A stretch of DNA of 63,711 bases, counting the filler, from Octopus bimaculoides (lineage: Eukaryota), in the NCBI RefSeq assembly GCF_001194135.2. It is 6 parts of 6 records of this genome, joined end to end, with 100 filler letters (N's around TTAATTAATTAA, not from the genome) between each part and the next. Parts side by side here need not be neighbours in the genome. Positions count along the whole stretch, not along the records: positions 61,010 to 63,711 come from NW_026321889.1; 5 more parts are not named here. One strand, given 5' to 3'. The notes below the pieces were generated by a model that ran no database searches, was not told the origin of the DNA, and worked only from the letters and a program-made list of their open reading frames with translations. Numbering within the stretch: position 1 is the first letter of the stretch; each line of letters starts with the position of its first letter. Below, piece by piece: positions 63,390 through 63,711 of the stretch. The position numbers and the translations under genes are program-made.

Positions 63390-63711
63390 AATGAGTAAAT
63401 AAAATAGATATATAAAATTTTAAAAATGCGTCTGAGATTTGGTTTGGGTGTGTGGGTTAACAATTTAATTAATGGCCAATGATTAAGAACTGTGTTCAAT
63501 GTTTGTGGGATAATCTCTATGTCAGCGAGTGAAAAATTGCGGAAATTCACAGGAGAAATCAGTTACATTGTGTTGGAAGCAAGTTATGTGGGGACGGCGT
63601 TGTCTTTTACATGGTATGATGGGGGGAGGGGGGAGGCCTCACTAAAAAGCAACCAATTAATTTGATGAAATAAAATGCTGTAGTTTTTATCATTGAGCTA
63701 TTTCGGGACAC

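Overview
Eukaryotic, AT-rich, repeat-dominated DNA with no host protein-coding gene that I can support. The very high microsatellite density and the SINE, RTE and Penelope repertoire suggest a cephalopod (octopus-like) genome; this is inference. The window is six pieces joined by artificial 100-bp linkers (44 N + TTAATTAATTAA + 44 N) and has many N gaps. Almost all ORFs in the six-frame track are translations of microsatellites or gaps. Recognisable content: two abundant tRNA-derived SINE families (about 12 and 9 copies), a long decayed RTE LINE (42.7-46.0 kb) with a PHD-like insert in its RT, two more RTE 3' ends, a HERO-like R2-group retrotransposon (50.3-52.1 kb), two R4/Dong-like 3' fragments, a Penelope-like (PLE) RT-thumb + GIY-YIG fragment, a truncated mariner and three MITEs. 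Most interesting: (i) five minimal hammerhead-ribozyme motifs from three families with (quasi-)palindromic stem III, one family apparently fused to a tRNA-like Pol III head and found both times as a head-to-head inverted pair (candidate PLE-partnered, ribozyme-bearing SINE); (ii) a complete tRNA-like cloverleaf enclosed by 60-bp inverted repeats; (iii) a HERO element whose 5' end abuts that same tRNA-like head. Family names come from recalled motifs, not database searches.
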